The notes: generated by a model not told the origin, from the letters alone. A DNA stretch of 64,000 nucleotides from Nitrosopumilus sp. (GCA_965203315.1 OZ241857.1:896001-960000), one strand, 5' to 3'. Shown: positions 29,880 through 41,106, counted from the stretch's first letter. Numbers and translations are program-made.

Positions 29880-30389
29880 CTAGTTGAGCACCTTGAGACT
29901 ACGACAGACCGAGTAGAGCGTTCGCCGAAGGTTTTGATCAACTAGAGACTCCATCTTTTGTCGCAGTATACGTTTGGCCTCGTCTCGTTCTGAGCCAGGC
30001 GGTAGAGAGAGTATAGTATTGAGAAATTCTGGCAATGACTCACGGATCCATCCATCTAGCATTGTGTAAATTTTAGGGGGCAGTATATCACATTTGTCTA
30101 CATCTAGATCGAGTACCTCTGCAAAGTTTTCATGTTCGACTCGATACACTAGTGCAAGTACTACATTGTCTGGAGTTGGATTCTCAAGTATCTCGCGTGA
30201 TCGCTCACCAGTCTTTCCTTGAGATATCTTGTTCTTTAGACCAACAGGATTTACAATAATCCCATTGACACCAACCTTTCGATCATCAATACCGGTAATT
30301 ACACCAAAGATAAAGTCATTATAGTCACCGTTCTTTCTAGTCGAGAATACATGAACGCCCTCCTTTAGACTAGGCTTTCTACCAAACAC
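29880..30389 (-). CDS. hypothetical protein (host-like codon usage)
   Basis: 169-aa ORF with globular composition. Confidence 0.7.
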   Translation of the reverse strand: MFGRKPSLKEGVHVFSTRKNGDYNDFIFGVITGIDDRKVGVNGIIVNPVGLKNKISQGKTGERSREILENPTPDNVVLALVYRVEHENFAEVLDLDVDKCDILPPKIYTMLDGWIRESLPEFLNTILSLPPGSERDEAKRILRQKMESLVDQNLRRTLYSVCRSLKVLN

Positions 30390-30516
30390 ACAGTTAGTTG
30401 TGATTCAGTATATTTAATGTAAACCTAAAATGGCAAACTCATCACTGTGCCAAATTCAGAATTGATGTAGTTGTTTACGACGCTACAATTTTAAACCAAA
30501 CTTGCAATGACACATC

Positions 30517-31173
30517 ATGGTATCATATCACACAATATTAGAACAATTAGAGTCTTTTTATCCCAATGATAAAGAAAAGTTTTGCATATTTTATTCATCT
30601 AGCGTATCTGATTATTGTACTGTATTGTATAAACAACCACAGCCAACTAGAAACCTGAATGGTGTAATGCATAATCTAGTCAAAACAATAACCTCCCAAG
30701 AGATACGAGATGTGCTAACAAAGACGTCAGGCATATATCACGCATTAGAGATGGTTTATCCTAAATCAGAGTATGATTCTATAAAAAATGGCACTTGTGT
30801 TCGTAATCATACTCTTAAAGATTCAGAGATTCGATGTTGTGATATGATTGTTTCGTCACATCAAGTAATCTGTCATTGCTGCAAAAAACCTGTCAGACGA
30901 CTCGATACTCATAGATTGCACAACATACAAGACATACAAGATATACAATCACATAGTTTATCTGATATCATGACACAATTCAAGAAGAGTGTAAATGCGC
31001 TAGAGCACAACAATAGACGTAAAAAGAATCCACTGTTGAGTCCTATAACGATGGGTGCAGGTTTAGTTAGTGGTCTATTATTAGGGGATATGATGATGAG
31101 CGATATAGCGATGAATGATACCATAACCTCAACAAATGACATCCAACAATTGAATATGTCACCAATTTATTGA
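30517..31173 (+). CDS. orphan protein with Cys/His cluster and C-terminal glycine-zipper-like segment
   Basis: CC..CHCCKK..H and MGAGLVSGLLLG segments. Confidence 0.55.
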   Translation: MVSYHTILEQLESFYPNDKEKFCIFYSSSVSDYCTVLYKQPQPTRNLNGVMHNLVKTITSQEIRDVLTKTSGIYHALEMVYPKSEYDSIKNGTCVRNHTLKDSEIRCCDMIVSSHQVICHCCKKPVRRLDTHRLHNIQDIQDIQSHSLSDIMTQFKKSVNALEHNNRRKKNPLLSPITMGAGLVSGLLLGDMMMSDIAMNDTITSTNDIQQLNMSPIY

Positions 31174-31360
31174 GCAGAAATACCAAAACCGATCACATCA
31201 CATATCACCAAATTTGATCCAATATTCAAATGATGCTCCATAGATATCAGATATCATTTCACAAAATTGATCATAAGATATTGTCATTTCGGTTCTATAG
31301 TCGCCACCACACATGCTAGTCGGCAATTCTTAATATCAGAGATGTACACAGCGCACATAG

Positions 31361-34012
31361 TTGAATAAAGAAGAGATACTAGGAGAGTTTTCTGCAAACT
31401 CGGATAGATATTATAAAGTGAGACTCTTTGAAGATGAGGGATTTGTTCGACAGGCATGTACTAAATGTGGTAGGTTCTTTTGGACCCGTGATCCACAACG
31501 AGTCTTGTGTCCTGACGACGGGACAGACACGTACTCGTTTATTGGAGATCCGCCAACATCAAAGAGGTTCGATTATACAAAAGCGTGGCAACAGATCGAG
31601 TCGTTCTTTAAATCAAACGGACATACATCTGTACCACGTTATCCAGTAGTTTGTAGGTGGCGCGACGATCTATTTTTTACTATTGCGTCAATAGTAGACT
31701 TTCAGAGGGTTATGGGATCAAAGATAGTCTTCGAGTTCCCAGCAAACCCACTACTAGTTCCACAGACATGTCTCCGATTCAAAGATCTAGATAACGTTGG
31801 TGTGACAGGGCGGCACTTTTCGAGTTTCTGTATGATTGGTCAACATAGTGTTCCAGATCAAGGAGGCTATTGGAAAGACGAGTGTATAGAGTTGGACTAC
31901 AAGTTGTTAACAGAACAGTTTGGTATAGGCGGAGACGAGATAGTCTTTGTAGAAGATGTGTGGGCAGGAGGTGGTTCGTTTGGACCATCGCTAGAATATT
32001 TTGTGAGAGGCCTCGAGCTAGGAAATGCAGTGTTTACAGAGTTTCAGGGAGAGTTGGGGAGACACACAACACTTGATCATCGAATCATCGATATGGGTGC
32101 AGGGCTCGAGAGATTCGCTTGGATAACCATGGGAACGCCTACAGCATATGACTGTTGTTTTGGTCCCATAAATGGCATATTGACAGATATGGTAGGTATA
32201 GATCAAGACATGAATGTCTTGAGACGATACTTTGTAGAGATTGCAAAGAGAATAGACAAGTTTGATGATCTAGTCACCATACGAGACATGGCAGTGCGTG
32301 CAGTAGGTCTAGATGATAAACAGGTAACAGAGATGATCAGGCCACTAGAGCATACATATCTGATTGCAGATCACTTGCGAACTCTGATCTTTGCGATATC
32401 AGACGGAGCTCTACCTAGTAATGTTGGTGGCGGTTACAACCTACGGACAATGTTACGGAGAATAGACGCGGCTGCAAAACATCTCAAGATAGATCTAGAG
32501 ATGGATACATTGATCGATGCGCATGTAGACTATCTCAAAGAGACATACCCCGAACTAGATGATCGACGTCGAGATGTCAAGACGATCTTGGATATAGAGT
32601 TGAGACGATACAGAGAGTCCAAGGTACAGATGCAGCGAAAGGCAACAAAGATTCAGAGACAACCTAGTGTAGACGAGTTGATAAGATTGTACGAGTCAGA
32701 TGGTATAACACCAGAGTATCTAAAAGAGATCGACATAATACAAGATATTCCATCGGCATTCTACACAAGACTAGCAGAGTTGCACAAGAGATCAAAACCA
32801 AGAGACACCGTACAGATTCCCCTAAAAGAACTACCAGATACAGAGTTGCTCTTTTATGGAGATGATCCAGTAGAGTTTGAGGCAGATGTCATAGATGTCA
32901 TAGATGATCAGGTGATTCTAGACAGGACATCATTTTACGCTAGAGGTGGAGGTCAAGAACCAGATATGGGTACGATTGCAGGATTTAAGGTAATAGATGT
33001 ACAACGGCATGGAGGCGTAATAATACACAAGTTACAAGATGGTACACCAAAGATAGGAGACGCCGTACATTGTATCTTGGACGTAACTAGACGTACAAAG
33101 ATAACACAAAACCACACCAGTACTCACATCATCAATGCAGCTGCACGTAGTACGTTGGGATCATGGGTCTGGCAACACTCTGCATTCAAAGACGACACAC
33201 ATGCAAGACTAGACATAACACATCACTCATCACTGACCAAAACTCAGATAGAAGAGATCGAGGCGAGAGCTAATGAGATGATCCAAGAAGAGATACCGGT
33301 CTCTATACAGTACAAGAGTCGTGGAGAGGCAGAGCAAGAGTATGGATTTAGAATATACCAGGGCGGAGTTGTACCGGTAAAACAGGTAAGAATAGTATCG
33401 ATAGGAGATAGAGATGTCGAGGCATGTGGTGGTACACATGTCTCAAACACAAGAGATATCAGATTGATCAAGATCACAAAGACGAAACGGATTCAAGATG
33501 GAGTGGTGCGTATCGAGTTCGTCTCAGGAGATGCTGCGAGTATTGTAAACGAGACAGATGATGAACGAGCAGCTAGACAACTAAGACTAGAGATAGAAGA
33601 ACAGCGAGCAGCTAGTCGAGTCAATGCGAGAACCATGATACCCGAGATGTTGGCAAAGGTTACGAGTGGTGAATCAATAGTTACCGATGGATGTACAATT
33701 CGAGACAAGCGATGTATAGTATATGACAAAAAGTATGACGAACGTTTTTGTCTCGCGTTTGGTAAACGACTCATCAAGGAAGACTGTGAAGGGGTCTTTT
33801 GTGGCATATTTGATGCAGGTACAACTATTCGTGTGATGGTTTATGCAGGAGATCGATCTGGAATAGATGCGAGCCGAGTGGCAGAGCGTATATCAGATAT
33901 GCTCGGTGGCGCTAGTGGAGGTGACTCTAGATTTGCGCAAGGTGGAGGAAGAGACACATCTAAAAAAGAGACCATACTAGACTATGCAATAGATATTATC
34001 ATGAGGCAGTAA
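31361..34012 (+). CDS. alaS: alanine-tRNA ligase
   Basis: RWRDD.FFTIASI, GRHFSSF, DMGAGLER, NHTSTH, EACGGTH. Confidence 0.97.
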   Translation: MNKEEILGEFSANSDRYYKVRLFEDEGFVRQACTKCGRFFWTRDPQRVLCPDDGTDTYSFIGDPPTSKRFDYTKAWQQIESFFKSNGHTSVPRYPVVCRWRDDLFFTIASIVDFQRVMGSKIVFEFPANPLLVPQTCLRFKDLDNVGVTGRHFSSFCMIGQHSVPDQGGYWKDECIELDYKLLTEQFGIGGDEIVFVEDVWAGGGSFGPSLEYFVRGLELGNAVFTEFQGELGRHTTLDHRIIDMGAGLERFAWITMGTPTAYDCCFGPINGILTDMVGIDQDMNVLRRYFVEIAKRIDKFDDLVTIRDMAVRAVGLDDKQVTEMIRPLEHTYLIADHLRTLIFAISDGALPSNVGGGYNLRTMLRRIDAAAKHLKIDLEMDTLIDAHVDYLKETYPELDDRRRDVKTILDIELRRYRESKVQMQRKATKIQRQPSVDELIRLYESDGITPEYLKEIDIIQDIPSAFYTRLAELHKRSKPRDTVQIPLKELPDTELLFYGDDPVEFEADVIDVIDDQVILDRTSFYARGGGQEPDMGTIAGFKVIDVQRHGGVIIHKLQDGTPKIGDAVHCILDVTRRTKITQNHTSTHIINAAARSTLGSWVWQHSAFKDDTHARLDITHHSSLTKTQIEEIEARANEMIQEEIPVSIQYKSRGEAEQEYGFRIYQGGVVPVKQVRIVSIGDRDVEACGGTHVSNTRDIRLIKITKTKRIQDGVVRIEFVSGDAASIVNETDDERAARQLRLEIEEQRAASRVNARTMIPEMLAKVTSGESIVTDGCTIRDKRCIVYDKKYDERFCLAFGKRLIKEDCEGVFCGIFDAGTTIRVMVYAGDRSGIDASRVAERISDMLGGASGGDSRFAQGGGRDTSKKETILDYAIDIIMRQ

Positions 34013-34013
34013 T

Positions 34014-36893
34014 ATGGTAAACCAGAACAGGATAGAATGGAATGAGATAGAGTCCAAGTGGCAGAGCGTGTGGGCAAGAGAGCGTCAGTTTGAGACAGAC
34101 CCTTCCGAGTTGCCAAAAAAGTTCATAACGGTTGCGTATCCATATCCCAACTCACCTCAACATATAGGACATGGACGCACATATACCATAACCGACGTAC
34201 ATGCCAGATTTTATAGAATGTGTGGATACAATGTACTGTTCCCCATGGCATTTCATTATACAGGAACTCCTATACTTGCCATGTCAAAAAAGATCCAAGA
34301 AGGCGATGTAGAGATAATACGTAACCTAAGGGATCTGTACATGGTTCCAGAGAATACGATATCAGAGTTTGTAGAGCCGGTAAAGATAGCCAACTATTTT
34401 CATGCAGAGATAAAGGCAGGAATGATCGAGATGGGTTACTCGATCGACTGGAGACGAGAGTTTACTACTATTGATCCAGGATATAGCAAGTTTGTAGAGT
34501 GGCAAGTAAACAAGCAACGACAAAAAAACTTGATAATCCAAGGGTCACATCCGGTGGGATGGTGCCCAAAGGATCAAAACCCGGTATCGCAACATGACAC
34601 GCTAGGAGATCTAGAACCCGAGTTTACAGAGTATGTACTGATAAAGTTCAAGATGGGTGACTATGTAATCCCGACTGCGACACTTAGACCAGAGACGATA
34701 TTTGGTGTAGTAAACTTGTGGATCAATCCAGATGTCACATATGCAAAGATAACACTAGATGGTCATAGATGGATAACCAGTCAAGAGTGTGCAGCAAAAC
34801 TCGAGTTTCTTGATCATGATATCATCATACACGATACAGTATCGGGATCAGAGCTGATAGGATGTACTGTAACTACACCTCAAGGTACAGAGGTACCCAT
34901 TCTTCCGGCCACTTTTGTAGATCAAGAGACTGGGACCGGTATCGTCATGTCTGTTCCTGCTCATGCACCTTTTGATTTACAGGCGTTGTATGACACTCAA
35001 GCGTCTAGTGATCCTAAACTTGCGGCAACTGCAACCAAGATAGTACCGATATCGATAATCACCACAGACGGATATGGAGAGAATCCAGCACGTGATGGTT
35101 TAACAGAGATGGGCATAAGTGATCAGAGTGATCCTAGAATAGACGAGATAACAAAGGAGATATACGCAAAAGAGTTCTATGCAGGACGACTCAATGAAAA
35201 GACGGGCAGATATGCAGGAATGATGGTATCTGCTGCCAAAGATGCAATAAAGTCTCAGATGATACAGGAAGGTACAGCCGATATACTGCTAGAACTCTCG
35301 AGTCCAATAAAGTGCAGGTGTGGAACTCGTTGCGTCGTAAAGATTCTCAACAATCAATGGTTCCTAAACTATGGAGACCCTAGCTGGAAAGAGCTTGCAA
35401 CAAAGTGTTTTGAGAGGATGAGTATACTACCAGCAGAGATCAGAAGCGAGTTCGAATATGTAGTAGGATGGCTCAGAGAGCGAGCTTGTGCTAGGCAACA
35501 GGGCATGGGAACAAAACTTCCGTGGGACAAGGACTGGATAGTAGAGAGCCTAGCTGACTCTGTGATATACATGGCATACTATACAATATCTAGACATCTA
35601 GGAGACATTGCAGATAGACTAGACGACAAGTTCTTCGAGTATGTGTTTGGAGGAGTCGGTGATCCCGATCACATATCAGATACTATAGGCATAACTAGAT
35701 CAAGATTAGAAGAGATCAGATCAGAGTTTAAGTACTTTTATCCTGTGGACTCGAGGCACTCGGGCAAGGATCTTGTTCCAAATCATCTAACATTCTTTGT
35801 TATGAATCACACGGCCCTATTTGACGAAGAGTATTGGCCAAAAGAGATAGTTGTGAATGGTTCTGTCTTGATGAATGGATCAAAGATGTCAAAGAGTATG
35901 GGAAATATAGTTCCTATACGAAAGGCGATAAGAGAGTACGGAGCTGATCCGATACGTCTTACAATGATAATATCTTCCGAGTTGTCACAAGACGCAGACT
36001 TTGGAGTTGAGTCGATCTCTGGAATACAGGATAAACTAGTACACATGTATCAACAGTGTCGTACACTAAAGCCAGAGGACGGCAAGATAGAGGCGTTTGA
36101 AGACAGATGGATCCTATCAAAGATGATAACGATGAATATTCACTCGACTGTAGCGATCGAAAAGATGCGACTACGCGAAGCATTACACAACATACTGTTC
36201 TCGTTTGGTACAGACATCAATTGGTATCTAAAACGCGCAAAGGCCAAAGGCCGTACAGACCTCAACTACATCCTATACACAATACACATTGTACGTGTTG
36301 CCATGCTCTCACCATTTGCACCGCACATATCAGAGGAGATGTGGTCAGTGTTAAAATGCTCTGGTCTTGCGTCAACATCCAAGTGGCCTAAATTCGTTAA
36401 ATCAGATATAGAATCGTCTATACTCCAAGCTGAAGAGTTGTTAAAGTCGATCATATTCGACATTACAAAGATACTCAAAGTTACAAAGATTACACCAAAG
36501 AGAATAGTAGTGTATACAGCGAGTGAGATAAAATCAAAGATACACCGTGCAGTATTACACAAGATAATATCAGGTCAGACAGACATGAGAGATGTAATGA
36601 GATCACTGTTATCTGATTTAGATACCGTCGATGCCAAAAAGATGCCAGAGTTTGTTCAGATGACTATAAGAGATATTCTATCTGAATCGTCAGAGATAAA
36701 CGATATGAGATATACCAATCCAGAGTTTAATGAAACCGAGTTTCTCGTACAAGAGTTGACATCAATAGCAGCAGATGAATTTACAGCCGAGATCAAGATA
36801 TACAACGAAAGTGATTCTGACATATATGATCCAAAAAACAAAGCAAGAAATGCAAGACCGTTCAAGCCTGCGATATTTATCGAGTCAGATTAG
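34014..36893 (+). CDS. leuS: leucine-tRNA ligase
   Basis: YPYPN..HIGH, ATLRPET, KMSKS motifs. Confidence 0.97.
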   Translation: MVNQNRIEWNEIESKWQSVWARERQFETDPSELPKKFITVAYPYPNSPQHIGHGRTYTITDVHARFYRMCGYNVLFPMAFHYTGTPILAMSKKIQEGDVEIIRNLRDLYMVPENTISEFVEPVKIANYFHAEIKAGMIEMGYSIDWRREFTTIDPGYSKFVEWQVNKQRQKNLIIQGSHPVGWCPKDQNPVSQHDTLGDLEPEFTEYVLIKFKMGDYVIPTATLRPETIFGVVNLWINPDVTYAKITLDGHRWITSQECAAKLEFLDHDIIIHDTVSGSELIGCTVTTPQGTEVPILPATFVDQETGTGIVMSVPAHAPFDLQALYDTQASSDPKLAATATKIVPISIITTDGYGENPARDGLTEMGISDQSDPRIDEITKEIYAKEFYAGRLNEKTGRYAGMMVSAAKDAIKSQMIQEGTADILLELSSPIKCRCGTRCVVKILNNQWFLNYGDPSWKELATKCFERMSILPAEIRSEFEYVVGWLRERACARQQGMGTKLPWDKDWIVESLADSVIYMAYYTISRHLGDIADRLDDKFFEYVFGGVGDPDHISDTIGITRSRLEEIRSEFKYFYPVDSRHSGKDLVPNHLTFFVMNHTALFDEEYWPKEIVVNGSVLMNGSKMSKSMGNIVPIRKAIREYGADPIRLTMIISSELSQDADFGVESISGIQDKLVHMYQQCRTLKPEDGKIEAFEDRWILSKMITMNIHSTVAIEKMRLREALHNILFSFGTDINWYLKRAKAKGRTDLNYILYTIHIVRVAMLSPFAPHISEEMWSVLKCSGLASTSKWPKFVKSDIESSILQAEELLKSIIFDITKILKVTKITPKRIVVYTASEIKSKIHRAVLHKIISGQTDMRDVMRSLLSDLDTVDAKKMPEFVQMTIRDILSESSEINDMRYTNPEFNETEFLVQELTSIAADEFTAEIKIYNESDSDIYDPKNKARNARPFKPAIFIESD

Positions 36894-37152
36894 AGATATA
36901 CGTTTAAAATAATCTAGGGATCTGTATTATCTTTGTAATACACTGTTGCCAGTTATTACGTATTTATCGAGACGTACATCTATTGCTTCGTAAATAAAAA
37001 TCGGTAATTAAAATTCTAGTCTAGTAATAGCATAGTTTAGATTTGTGGTTAGTCTTTCACGATTTGATTTTGAGATCATGCACGTATTGTACTAGAGATA
37101 TGTTTGTAATGATCAATAGACAAACCTTTTGCGCGATACATTTTAAAACATC

Positions 37153-38049
37153 TTGAATATAGATGTCGTAATGGATTTTGAGCAGATCATGGGATTAGGG
37201 GGATATGATGCCCACCCCCTATTGACTAAAGCAGCAAAGCTAATGGATCGGGGCAAGCATGAAGAAGTTCTGATCGCTTGCGATAAAGTATTGAACGAGA
37301 TGCCAAAAGAATGGATGGCACATAAACTCAAGGCTTCACTCTATAACGAACTAGAGAGATATGATGAGGCAATAGAATGTATTAATCGAGCAATAAAATA
37401 TTCCAGGGAGCCTTTTAAGGGAATTTGCCTGTGTACAAAGGTGCAAATACTGAGCAAATCTGGCAGACATACTGAAGCAGCAAGGTGGTCAGACAAGGCC
37501 ATACGTAGTGGTTTTGACTTTCCGATGATGTATCATATTAAAGGATGTTCACTGCACCAAATTTATGATGAAACACCAGATAAGAAACTAGCAGAAAAGG
37601 CACTACATTGTTACGATAAAGCGTTAAAAAATGATCCAACCTTTATGCTAATCGAAGAAGCTATGCCAGGCGTACTAGACTCGGCACGTAAAAATGTTTT
37701 AAATAATAAAGGAAGACTATTAATCTCTCTTGAGAGACATGATGAAGCAATAGAATGTTTTGATGAAGAGTTGCTACTAGACCCCGATGATGCTGCAACT
37801 TGGGAAGACAAGTCAGTAGCACTTTATCTTGCGAATAGACGCGATGAAGCAATAGAATGTTGTAAAAAAGTGATTGAACTAGACTCTAGAGATCCAAAAG
37901 TGTTGTTCTCACTTGCAGATACGTTGAATGATCTTGATTTACTACAAGAGGCACTAGATACACTAAACATCGCTCTGAAACTAGAGCCATCAAACATCGA
38001 CGGAAAGGAACTTTATCAACAGATCATCTCAACACTAAATTTAAGATGA
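37153..38049 (+). CDS. tetratricopeptide repeat protein
   Basis: Repeated ..EAIEC.D/N.A...P TPR units. Confidence 0.88.
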   Translation: MNIDVVMDFEQIMGLGGYDAHPLLTKAAKLMDRGKHEEVLIACDKVLNEMPKEWMAHKLKASLYNELERYDEAIECINRAIKYSREPFKGICLCTKVQILSKSGRHTEAARWSDKAIRSGFDFPMMYHIKGCSLHQIYDETPDKKLAEKALHCYDKALKNDPTFMLIEEAMPGVLDSARKNVLNNKGRLLISLERHDEAIECFDEELLLDPDDAATWEDKSVALYLANRRDEAIECCKKVIELDSRDPKVLFSLADTLNDLDLLQEALDTLNIALKLEPSNIDGKELYQQIISTLNLR

Positions 38050-38267
38050 GTGGTTTCCATCCGAGACAGAAAACGTGCATCTAAACACATAACAACTACA
38101 AGATTGAAAAGATGACAACATAGACTAGATCAATTATGATTCAACACCAATTTGGATTTGCTGTGCCGCATAGTATCAGGTATTGTCAACTAGATGTGTT
38201 AACTAGTGACAAATACAAGGATTCAGACTAGGCTATTTATTAGGAAGTCGTTGAACGGCAGAATATC

Positions 38268-39281
38268 TTGAAGATAGCTGTGATGGGAATGGGTGTTGCA
38301 GGATCTTACCTAATGGCGAGATTGGCACAGACAGAACACACAATAGTTGGATATGAGCGGAGTAGTAGAGAGCGACATGACTCGATCTGTGCATGGGGGA
38401 CGATCAAGCCGGTTCTCGATGAATTTTGTAAAAAAGTTGGTAGAGACTTTAATGACTATCTAATACATGATGGAAAAAAGATGCATGTAAAGATGAACAA
38501 TGATACAAAGTTTGATATCGGCCTACATGGATTATGCACGTATGACAAACTTGGATTGATCAAGGACTTTATCAAGGACTCTGACGTACGGTACAATAGT
38601 GCACCACATCTTGCAGAGCTTGAAGAACAGTATGATATCATAGTAGACTGTACTGGATTTCATAGAATGTATCTACCAAAACTAGAGCAGGACTTTTTCT
38701 TACCCACCTATGAATACAAAGTCGAGTACGAGAGAGGTGTACCGTATGAAGACTTTTACATAGAACCTTTTCCGGGTATGTCTGGATACTTTTGGTACTT
38801 TCCATTAGGCGAAAAATGGGCACATATTGGTGCAGGAGATTACAGAAAGAATCACATCAAAGCTACAGATGCATTTCTAAAGAAACATGGTGGCAAAGTT
38901 ATTGCAACCAAGGGACGTCCCATCAGATTGGCAACGCCAAACAAGTGTAAGCCATTTTACAGTGGCAAGGTCGTAGGAGTTGGCGAATCTATTGGAACAG
39001 TATATGCGTTGTTGGGAGAGGGAATAATTCCCAGCATGCAATGTGTAGAGCTCTTTTTAGAGAACATTGATGATTTTGCAGCATACGAACAAGCAGTGGA
39101 TAAACACTACAAGGTTTATGGAAAGGTCTTTAACTTTGTTAGAGCAAAGATCCACAAAGACTTTAACTTTGTTAGAGCACTACCAGATTTCATTGCCATA
39201 TTTAGATACATGAAAAAGCATGAAGATAGATTTGGCATGGACATAAAGATATCTGATCTAATTAAAGTTGCAAAGGCCTAG
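38268..39281 (+). CDS. FAD-dependent oxidoreductase, geranylgeranyl reductase family
   Basis: GMGVAG FAD motif, GYFWYFP, GESIG...LGEGI. Confidence 0.85.
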   Translation: MKIAVMGMGVAGSYLMARLAQTEHTIVGYERSSRERHDSICAWGTIKPVLDEFCKKVGRDFNDYLIHDGKKMHVKMNNDTKFDIGLHGLCTYDKLGLIKDFIKDSDVRYNSAPHLAELEEQYDIIVDCTGFHRMYLPKLEQDFFLPTYEYKVEYERGVPYEDFYIEPFPGMSGYFWYFPLGEKWAHIGAGDYRKNHIKATDAFLKKHGGKVIATKGRPIRLATPNKCKPFYSGKVVGVGESIGTVYALLGEGIIPSMQCVELFLENIDDFAAYEQAVDKHYKVYGKVFNFVRAKIHKDFNFVRALPDFIAIFRYMKKHEDRFGMDIKISDLIKVAKA

Positions 39282-39351
39282 TCTTTTGTAACTTTATGTA
39301 ACTTTTGTAATAATAGAAATGTAATCAAAACTAGAGAGTCTCAATTACTTG

Positions 39352-40053
39352 CTAGTTAAAACTTGTACAACTAAACCCATCTCGATTTGTGCGATTTGAT
39401 GCCATATTGTACTCGTATATGATCTTAGAGTATGTCTCTAATTCGTCATGCATTGGAGCAATGGTATCAGATAGATAAAAACCTGGACAGTCACCAGTAA
39501 ACTGGAAAGTGGCATGAACCTTTGCGCTTCCCTTCTCATTCATAAGCCACGTTGAGAATGGATACAAATAACATACACCAGGTCTTGATGGATGCATACT
39601 ACAGCCACCGTCTTTGTCAAGAAATCTACAAGATATATGAGTCCCATCATCGTCAACAGTCTCGTCTACACGTCGTTTTAGATTTATTGTAGTTAGAGTT
39701 ATGTTCTGATTTGATGGTCCAGGTTCTTCATACGTTGCGACTATAGTCTCATCACGTACAAAGTCAGATGTCTTTTGATATCCCAGTCCATTACCTATAG
39801 TTATCAGATCATCAGATGTGAGTGGGAGGCGTCCTTGTCTATCGCAACAGTTGTGGCAGTCGGGCCAGAAACACTTCCACAAAACATATCTTGTATCGAT
39901 ACACGGAATATGAAACGTCACATTGTTTACACGAGTTGTGTAATCAGAGACATTGGTAATCTCGCCCAGCATGAATGAACGTAACGTAGGATCGATATCC
40001 CAATCTCTTTCCAACAGGTCTAATGACTCTTGAATGTGATTATGTGAAGACAA
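39352..40053 (-). CDS. YkgJ-family CxxCxxCC zinc/iron-chelating protein
   Basis: C..DCHNCC, CRFL..GCSMH..RP.VC.LYPF, CPG. Confidence 0.85.
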   Translation of the reverse strand: MSSHNHIQESLDLLERDWDIDPTLRSFMLGEITNVSDYTTRVNNVTFHIPCIDTRYVLWKCFWPDCHNCCDRQGRLPLTSDDLITIGNGLGYQKTSDFVRDETIVATYEEPGPSNQNITLTTINLKRRVDETVDDDGTHISCRFLDKDGGCSMHPSRPGVCYLYPFSTWLMNEKGSAKVHATFQFTGDCPGFYLSDTIAPMHDELETYSKIIYEYNMASNRTNRDGFSCTSFN

Positions 40054-40088
40054 GGATCAAGTTATAAAAATGATCCATGTAGTTATTA

Positions 40089-40409
40089 ATGTTGGGTGAA
40101 AAAGGCAAGTACGCGTCAGCCACCGAGAACAGAAGGTTTGTTTGGAGTGAGATCGTGTGGCCGTTGATATTAGATCTTGGCGATGTGTCTTTCTCACTAA
40201 GACAATTTCAAGAGAGACGCAATCAGGTATGCAAACATTACAATATTGCAATTCAAATTCCATCTAGAGGTTTGGTCTCATTAGTACAAAAAGGAATACT
40301 AGTCAAGGAGGATGACGTGTACTCGATTCATTTTAGATTGATACCATATATGAGACTACGAGCTGACTGTGATTATGCAACTGCGATCCATGAAGTCAAG
40401 ATAAAATGA
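40089..40409 (+). CDS. hypothetical protein, winged-helix-like
   Basis: 106-aa ORF divergent from the YkgJ gene; SRGLVSLVQKGIL..YSI pattern. Confidence 0.65.
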   Translation: MLGEKGKYASATENRRFVWSEIVWPLILDLGDVSFSLRQFQERRNQVCKHYNIAIQIPSRGLVSLVQKGILVKEDDVYSIHFRLIPYMRLRADCDYATAIHEVKIK

Positions 40410-40563
40410 TACCTTAACGATTCTGTTATTGATATGAATAGATTAAAGATGTACTTCTGTGATATACAGAATACACCAGGGATGTGTTCTCGTGTAAAAG
40501 GAGACAGACATGTATCCGTTAGAGCAATTAACGTAGTATCATTATTAGCCCATTTATCAAAAT

Positions 40564-40755
40564 CTATGCATTTAGTTCATCTAGTGACATCTCAAATATC
40601 TTTTGTACGTTAATGATTTTTACGGCAATGTGTGACACGGTCATCCTGTCTATTCATTATAAAATATGAAGTGACTGCGTTTTTGATGATGTTTATAATC
40701 CAATGTATCTAAACTTTACAAGATCTCTTGATGAAATTTTTGGATTATTTATCGC
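40564..40755 (-). pseudogene. degraded HicA-type toxin
   Basis: Fragments PKISSRDLVKF / HHQKRSHFIF / FEMSLDELNA* across frameshifts and stops, directly after hicB. Confidence 0.55.
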
Positions 40756-40765
40756 ACTGTTTTTC

Positions 40766-41106
40766 CTAATGATTTTTCATGCATTTTTGGCATTCAAATA
40801 TGCCTAACGCAGCTTCTTTAATGTTCTTTAGTCGTGAACATAATAATTTTCCTAGTGTTGTGTCACAATTTGGTGTCATCTGTTCTGCCAGAGGCAAATT
40901 CCGTCTCTGACCACACATATGCAGGAGTAAACGAGAAAACAATTCCGTTCGTGACTATTTAATGCTTCTTCCCCAGTATCACCATCAGATATTGCTCCTG
41001 GTATAGTTGGTATTGTAACAACATATCCACCATCATCATCATCTTTTTCTAACCGCACAGTATATTTTTGCTCAATCAAAATATCTAATTCGTGTATTAC
41101 GTTCAT
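40766..41106 (-). pseudogene. HicB-type antitoxin interrupted by MITE B
   Basis: YTVRLEKDDDDGGYVVTIPTIPGAISDGDTGEEAL resumes as KNIKEAALG...* after removing the MITE. Confidence 0.85.
40829..40959 (+). mobile_element. MITE family B inserted at TA in hicB
   Basis: TAGTCGTGAAC...GTTCGTGACTAT, colinear with the 41760 copy. Confidence 0.88.

Noticed and set aside
39128-39179. 19-bp direct repeat in the geranylgeranyl reductase-family gene
   Set aside because: Short and in frame (FNFVRA twice), with no apparent insertion; does not match the 36/35 geometry
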